From: Bdellovibrionales bacterium
Lineage (GTDB): Bacteria > Bdellovibrionota > Bdellovibrionia > Bdellovibrionales > CAYMLA01
DNA: 64,000 nt
Direction of reading: 5' to 3'
NCBI GenBank assembly: GCA_965217115.1
Contig: OZ244239.1
Coordinates: 704,001 to 768,000 of the forward strand
In this document: piece by piece, positions 58,279 to 64,000 of the stretch
Layout of the letters: the number at the start of each line of letters is the position of its first letter
Position numbering within the stretch: position 1 is the first letter of the stretch
Notes under the pieces: generated by a model
Told to the model about the DNA's origin: nothing
The model's input: the letters and a program-made list of their open reading frames with translations, nothing else
Database searches by the model: none
Translations under genes and position numbers: made by a program

Positions 58279-58800
58279 TTATGCAATTTTATTTTTTTGC
58301 TTTTCTGGTTTTTTAAAATAACTATTTCTTGAGCAATTAAGATTTTTTGGAAACTGAAAAATCAATTTTTTCATAACTCCTCCCCCTACTATAGGGAATT
58401 TGGTCCCCATTTTTGGCCCCAAAAGCTTTCTAAGTTTCTGTAAGGACTGGTGTTTTATGTTCCTCACAGATGAACGAGAAATCTTCATTTTCTCAGCAAT
58501 TTGTCTTTGCGTAAGTCCCTCATAAAAAGTTAGTTTAATAACAATTTTTTGCTTGTGAGTGAGTTTGTTAATAGCCTTGGCACAAATCTTTTTTAAATTT
58601 ATTTTCTCTGCCAAAGCTTTCTCTTCTTCTTTCCATATTCCAGAATCTTCTGAAATGAGTTCATCAAAATTTTCTGGAAGTAGATCTTCTTTAATTACTT
58701 TAGATTCATTTTCATCTAAATACTCTGCCCACTGCTTTGCTGTCCAAGATTTAGATTGTTTTAAAAGTTGTGCTTTTTTTTCTTTAGTTAGTTGTTCCAT
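58279..58800 (-). CDS. Sigma70 region-4 HTH protein
   Basis: AINKLTHKQKIVI.L.FYEGLTQRQIAEKMKISRSSV. Confidence 0.8.
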   Translation of the reverse strand: MEQLTKEKKAQLLKQSKSWTAKQWAEYLDENESKVIKEDLLPENFDELISEDSGIWKEEEKALAEKINLKKICAKAINKLTHKQKIVIKLTFYEGLTQRQIAEKMKISRSSVRNIKHQSLQKLRKLLGPKMGTKFPIVGGGVMKKLIFQFPKNLNCSRNSYFKKPEKQKNKIA

Positions 58801-58916
58801 ATTTTATTACTCCCTTACTATTTTTTTTAAACTAGTTTTTTCTTTGGTCGTAATATTGTATTAAAAGTATTTTTTAAACACTCGCAAGGGGAAATCACTT
58901 TGCAATGTTAAAAACA

Positions 58917-59177
58917 TTCCAGCCTTGGAAGAATTTAATAAAATAGTTTCCAGAGTGGGAAGCATTCTTGGTTTTTTTTTAAATAGTTTCCAGGGTTGGA
59001 AAGATTGAAGTGTTTTTAAATAAAATGTTTCCAGAGCTGGAAACAAAAAAAATATTTTACAAAAACAAAGAATAAAATTATTTATAAAAAGGCATTAAAT
59101 ATCACTTTTCTCCCTCTATGAGATTTAAAGCACTTTAAAATTGTAAAAACTTCACTAGTTTCCAGAGCTGGAAACTA
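58917..59177. promoter_or_regulatory. Five palindromic operator-like boxes, TTCCAG-N2-(C/T)(T/G)GGAA
   Basis: Boxes start at 58917, 58948, 58988, 59029 and 59160, between divergent genes. Confidence 0.8.
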
Positions 59178-59239
59178 TTTTAAGCCCTAAACTACCAGAT
59201 AAAGGCTGTTTATGCTAATTTACTTTATGTAGTAGGAGA

Positions 59240-60049
59240 ATGTATATGGATAACTTAAATTTAGTACGAAATAGCTTTATACCAGAGAGTTCTGTTGCAA
59301 GTAAAAAAGAAAAAATAATTTTAGAGTTAAAAGTTTTTTTAAAACACTATCTAGAAAAAAACCCAAACATCACAGCCAATGCTTTTTGCTCAAAAAATGG
59401 TTTATCTTCATCAACGGTAAATAACTTACTCTCAGGTGTTACAAAAAAATCTATCACCTCAGAGGTGGCAAGAAAAATAATGTGTGGAATTAACAGGGGA
59501 AAACCTGTTGGGTATATTCTGCGTGATACCCGTGGAGAATTGGGAAATTTTTTAAGAGAAAGGTATGCGTCTTTGATTAATTCAGATATTGAAGCTTCAG
59601 CTAATAAAAGTATGAACCGAAGCTTAAAAACAAAAAATGCACGGCTTGTAATGATGTTGGCACACAATAAAGGTGGCACAACTAGAGAAGAAATTGCTAA
59701 AACTTTAGATGGCTTTGCTTTAAAAACTTTAGATAAAATGATTGAAGACAAAGTTTTGTGCGAAGATGTTCATGGAAAAATAAAAGGACTCTCTGAAAAT
59801 GTTTATCTTGATAATGAAACCACCAAGGAACTTATTCAGGAGGTTAATTATTTTGCAAAACCTTCTGAAACTCCCGATAGTCAAATTAAACTATTCTGGG
59901 GAAAACTTTCTCCTGAAAAATTACAAAAACAAAAAGAGCTTTCTCTAGCTTTTATAAAAAGCATGAGAGAAATCTATAAAGATGAAGACGAAAATGGCGA
60001 GCCATCATTTTTAACTTTAACAGCGGATATTTTTAAACAACCAAAATAA
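59240..60049 (+). CDS. Putative ICE regulator (N-terminal XRE-like HTH)
   Basis: ITANAFCSKNGLSSSTVNNLLSG; second wHTH-like segment GTTREEIAKTL. Confidence 0.65.
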   Translation: MYMDNLNLVRNSFIPESSVASKKEKIILELKVFLKHYLEKNPNITANAFCSKNGLSSSTVNNLLSGVTKKSITSEVARKIMCGINRGKPVGYILRDTRGELGNFLRERYASLINSDIEASANKSMNRSLKTKNARLVMMLAHNKGGTTREEIAKTLDGFALKTLDKMIEDKVLCEDVHGKIKGLSENVYLDNETTKELIQEVNYFAKPSETPDSQIKLFWGKLSPEKLQKQKELSLAFIKSMREIYKDEDENGEPSFLTLTADIFKQPK

Positions 60050-60077
60050 GGATTTGTAAAAAACAAAGAGGTATAAA

Positions 60078-60536
60078 ATGACACATAAATTATTAATTAT
60101 ATTATTAACTCTTCAAGGTGGATTTATTTTTGCCGAAGCTAATAAAGCAGAAATAAATAGAGCTATAGTATTAGAATACTGCATGGAAGTTACTGAATCT
60201 GATGAACTTTGTAAAAAAGCTCGGCCACTTATTATTGGTGGTGAGGGCGGAGGAACTCCTCCTGCTGGAACTAAATTTACTCAAAAGAATGCCTTGGCTA
60301 AAGTTAATAATTTTTTTAGCAAAAAAGAGCTTGGGCAAATAGCTTTAAAAGAATTAACTGGGTTAGACTTAACAGACATGAATGGATTAAATAAAATGTT
60401 TTTTAAATCTTGCTTGAAAAAGGCCTGTGGCTTTAATAATAGCTTTGCTGAAAAAAACTTGTTGCAGAATGCTTTGGTTTTCAGTGGTGCAGAATTTGGT
60501 TTTGAGGGTATGCTTGGTGGAGAAGGTGGGAATTAA
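60078..60536 (+). CDS. Exported hypothetical protein with two GGEGG motifs
   Basis: Signal peptide; stop overlaps the next start (TAATG). Confidence 0.65.
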   Translation: MTHKLLIILLTLQGGFIFAEANKAEINRAIVLEYCMEVTESDELCKKARPLIIGGEGGGTPPAGTKFTQKNALAKVNNFFSKKELGQIALKELTGLDLTDMNGLNKMFFKSCLKKACGFNNSFAEKNLLQNALVFSGAEFGFEGMLGGEGGN

Positions 60537-62692
60537 TGACAACGCTAGAAATTAGTCTTAAAAATTGTTACGGTATTAAGAAATTAGATCATAAATTTAC
60601 TTTTTCAGAAACGCACTCAACTTATGCAATTTATGCCTCCAATGGCTCAATGAAAACATCATTTGCTAAAACTTTTGAACGCATATCAGAGGGGAAGCAG
60701 CCAGAAGACTTGGTTTACTCTGAAAGAGAAACGACTTGTAAAATCAACTTTGACAACCAAGATATACAGCCAGCTAAGATATTTGTTATTCATTCTTACA
60801 GTAAAAACTATGAATCTAGCAAAATATCAACTTTATTAGCCAATAAAGAGCTAAGAAAGAAGTATGAAGATGTGTATAAAGAAATAAACAGTCAAAAAAC
60901 TCATTTTTTAAAAGAATTAAAAAAAGTTTGTGGAGTAGTCAAATTAGAGGAAATAGAGAGGAAAATATCAAGAGTTTTTTATAATAATGAAGCTAATAAA
61001 TTCTTTGAGTCACTAGAAAGAATAAAAGCAGAGATTAATGAGAATGAAGCTTCTAATTATAAAGGCATCAGATATAAAGATATATTTGATGACAAAGTTA
61101 AGATCTTTTTAGACAATGCTGAGGTTCAAAAAAATATTAGCGAATATATAAAAAAATATGACGAATTATTAGAGGGCTCAACTTATTTCAAAAAAGGAAT
61201 TTTTAATCATTCTCAGGCAGAAGAGACAGCAAAACAATTGAAAAAAAATGGTTTTTTTAAAGCAAGTCACGCTGTTTTATTTGGAGATAAAAAACTGGCA
61301 ACAGAGACAGAATTAACAGAAGTTATAAATGCAGAAAAGAACAGCATCTTAAAAAATGAAACTCTAAAAACAGTGTTTGATAAATTAGATAGTAAAATAA
61401 ATACTGACTCGCTAAGAAAGTTTAGAGAATTTTTATCTACGCATACTTTTGTTATTGCAGAATTACAGAATTTAGAAAGTTTTGAAGCTAAATTATGGAA
61501 ATATTATATTAAAGAAAAGCAAGATATTTTTAATAATTTATTAGCCCTGTACTCAGCGGGTCGGCAGAGTATTTCTGAAATATCCAAACAAGCAAAAAAA
61601 GAGGAAACTAAATGGTTAAATGCTATAAAAATTTTTAACGAAAGATTTGAAGTGCCTTTTGAAGTTACTATTAGTAATAAGGTTGATGTTATTTTAAAAG
61701 AAGAAACACCTTCTATTTCTTTTGAGTTTGTAGAGAAAAAAGATAGAAAAAATATGACAAAAAAAGATTTATTAGAGGTTTTAAGTCAAGGTGAAAAAAG
61801 AGCGTTATATCTTTTAGATATAATCTTTGAAATAGAGGCCAGAAAAACAGAAGGTGGAAAACACTTATTTATCATAGATGATATAGCAGACTCTTTTGAT
61901 TATAAGAATAAATATGCCATAATTGAGTATCTAAAAGATATATCAAAAATAGATGGTTTTTATCAAATAGTTTTAAGTCACAATTTTGATTTCCATAGAA
62001 CTATTAGTAGTCGCCTTGCAATGAAGCGAGCTAATAAATTAAACGTTTTAAAGTCAGGCAATAACAGCATAGAGTTAAAAAAGGAACATTATCAAAATAA
62101 CCCCTTCGATGATTGGAGAAATAGGTTAGATAATCAATATTTCGTAATTGCGTCAATCCCTTTTGTTAGGAATATAGCAGGGTATATCGGGAATACAGAT
62201 AGCAATACATCTTTAACAAGTTTTCTTCACATAAAAGAAGGTACAGAAAATTTGACAGTTGCAGACCTTAAGAAAGAGTTTGCTAAAGTGCTCTATACTG
62301 GGCATGACAAGATAGGAAATTCTGATAATTTTATTCATTTTTTAACGAAAGCTACAAATGATATTTTTACACTAAGTGCAAGCGATAGAGAGCTAGAGCA
62401 TAAGATAGTTTTGGCTATTTCTATACGACTAAGTGCTGAAAAATTTATGATAAAAAAAATAGATGATGCTGACTATGTTAGATCTATAGATAAATACCAA
62501 ACAGCGAAGTTACTTGATAAATATAAGGAAGTATTTTCAATTGATATAGCTAATATAAAAATTTTAGATAAAGTACAATTAATGACACCTGAAAGTATTC
62601 ATCTAAATTCTTTTATGTTTGAGCCCTTGCTGGATATGTCTGATGAATATTTGATCACATTAAGTAAAGAGGTCGCAGCCCTACAGCTTTAA
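60536..62692 (+). CDS. SMC/ABC-type ATPase with coiled coil (AAA_13/RloC-like), probable defence protein
   Basis: IYASNGSMKTSF Walker A variant, LSQGEKRA signature, IIDDIADSFD, LSHNFDF. Confidence 0.8.
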   Translation: MTTLEISLKNCYGIKKLDHKFTFSETHSTYAIYASNGSMKTSFAKTFERISEGKQPEDLVYSERETTCKINFDNQDIQPAKIFVIHSYSKNYESSKISTLLANKELRKKYEDVYKEINSQKTHFLKELKKVCGVVKLEEIERKISRVFYNNEANKFFESLERIKAEINENEASNYKGIRYKDIFDDKVKIFLDNAEVQKNISEYIKKYDELLEGSTYFKKGIFNHSQAEETAKQLKKNGFFKASHAVLFGDKKLATETELTEVINAEKNSILKNETLKTVFDKLDSKINTDSLRKFREFLSTHTFVIAELQNLESFEAKLWKYYIKEKQDIFNNLLALYSAGRQSISEISKQAKKEETKWLNAIKIFNERFEVPFEVTISNKVDVILKEETPSISFEFVEKKDRKNMTKKDLLEVLSQGEKRALYLLDIIFEIEARKTEGGKHLFIIDDIADSFDYKNKYAIIEYLKDISKIDGFYQIVLSHNFDFHRTISSRLAMKRANKLNVLKSGNNSIELKKEHYQNNPFDDWRNRLDNQYFVIASIPFVRNIAGYIGNTDSNTSLTSFLHIKEGTENLTVADLKKEFAKVLYTGHDKIGNSDNFIHFLTKATNDIFTLSASDRELEHKIVLAISIRLSAEKFMIKKIDDADYVRSIDKYQTAKLLDKYKEVFSIDIANIKILDKVQLMTPESIHLNSFMFEPLLDMSDEYLITLSKEVAALQL

Positions 62693-62700
62693 AAATATTT

Positions 62701-62949
62701 TTATTTGTAATCCATAGCATTATACTCCTTACAAGTGTTCCGATTAAAAACCGCAGGACACCCCCAGTCACCTTCAATAGCCTCAATACTTTTCTTCTGA
62801 AAATACAAAACCACCTTCATAGTCGCCTCTGGTTTTAGCAAAACAAACCCCATGGCAGACACTAAAACCACCCTTTTAATAACCCTAAATATTTGACCAT
62901 ACCCTAAAAACATACTCCCTCCTTTGTTGTTTATAAAATTATTTAGCAA
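62701..62949 (-). CDS. Small membrane hypothetical protein
   Basis: RBS GGAGGGAG before MFLGY; WGCP. Confidence 0.55.
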   Translation of the reverse strand: MLNNFINNKGGSMFLGYGQIFRVIKRVVLVSAMGFVLLKPEATMKVVLYFQKKSIEAIEGDWGCPAVFNRNTCKEYNAMDYK

Positions 62950-63550
62950 ATTCTTTTAAAAAAGACCGCACCGCCTTAAGCGGTGTTGGTGCTAAATTTT
63001 TCATCATACTTAAGCAATCATCCATAATATCTTTAGGCTGTTCATCACACTCCATATAATTATTAAAATCTGTCATTGTATAGCCCATGGCCTCAACAAT
63101 AAATTTAATTAAATCACGGTTTAAATTTTTTCTTCCGCATTCATAAAAACCAATAATTTTATCCCCATAACCACAAAGCTTGCTCAGTTCGTATTGGGAT
63201 AAACCGCTTTTTTTACGCAACTGTCGTAATACTCGGCATTCTTTAGTGATATTAGGGGTGCAAAATCTTCGACCTCTTCTCTCTGGTAAATTAACACTAA
63301 AATTTTCAGATTTAATATACATTAGTTCATCAAAACTAAGTCCGTAGCCCAAAGCAAATGTGGCTAATCGTTCATTGCTAACAACACCCCTTCCATTTTC
63401 TAATTTCTCAATAGAGGAACGGGACAGGTTAAATAATTTGCCAGCTTCTTCTCTGCTTAGTTCTTTTAAAAGGCGCATATTTTTTAATAAAATGGGGCTA
63501 CTCTTAGCTGTATATGCTTTTTTATTTTGCATAAACTCTCCTAAAATCAC
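62939..63550 (-). CDS. Double XRE/HTH_3 transcription regulator (start probably MQNKK at 63532)
   Basis: LSREEAG...SRSSIEKLENG and LRQLRKKSGLSQYELS...FYECGR. Confidence 0.88.
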   Translation of the reverse strand: MILGEFMQNKKAYTAKSSPILLKNMRLLKELSREEAGKLFNLSRSSIEKLENGRGVVSNERLATFALGYGLSFDELMYIKSENFSVNLPERRGRRFCTPNITKECRVLRQLRKKSGLSQYELSKLCGYGDKIIGFYECGRKNLNRDLIKFIVEAMGYTMTDFNNYMECDEQPKDIMDDCLSMMKNLAPTPLKAVRSFLKEFAK

Positions 63551-63801
63551 GGTAGCAGAGAGCGGTAGCGGTTGATTTAACCTGATTTAGATCAAATTTC
63601 CGTATAATAGAAAATAAAAGTTTTGTGCCTGAAGCAAGCATGCTTGCCATTTTAAAGTATAGAAATAACAAAGCTTTTCTCATTTTTGCTACTCTAAAAA
63701 CTCCAAAAACGCTACTTTTTGCGAAAAGTAAGCTAAAAAAATTCTCCAAAAAAAGTCGAGGGGGTACCAGTGGTGACCACAAAGTCACCAAGTGTTGAAA
63801 T

Positions 63802-64000
<199 letters not shown>

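Noticed and set aside
58861..59046. 61-aa ORF with repeated PxLET
   Set aside because: Translation of the operator repeat array

Overview
The window looks like a Bdellovibrionota/Oligoflexia-type chromosome (inferred from gene content such as the TIGR02147-like regulator). It has three parts. (1) 1-27.5 kb is host core: partial class I fumarase, NtrY/NtrX, riboflavin genes, an amidohydrolase, a secreted protein with about 49 GGG(P/S/Q)(F/Y) repeats, an RlmL-type methyltransferase, ETF-QO, ribosomal proteins L24/L28/S18 and a Rieske/glutamate-synthase-like cluster. This part also carries a family of palindromic elements with a conserved GCGAGTT...TGT(C/T)TGAGC core and variable but complementary arms, four of them in a ~274-bp tandem array. 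(2) ~28.3-39.1 kb is an AT-rich relic island of cargo genes separated by short scars of the neighbouring ICE backbone and IS3 remnants. (3) 39.1-63.9 kb is an apparently complete ~24.7-kb ICE bounded by a 129-bp direct repeat at the 3' end of tRNA-Pro(TGG). It encodes a tyrosine integrase, excisionase, Replic_Relax relaxase, coupling protein and a minimal T4SS. The best novelty candidates are (a) a four-gene cassette between the pilin and virB3-like genes (tandem YegP/DUF1508 protein with a ...PPGS tail, possible E2-like protein, ThiF/E1, papain-like Cys protease) that may be an undescribed ubiquitin-like conjugation or defence system, and (b) an Frpo-like ssDNA-promoter hairpin in front of an acidic Zn-finger protein. 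All family calls are from motif recognition by eye; no searches were run.
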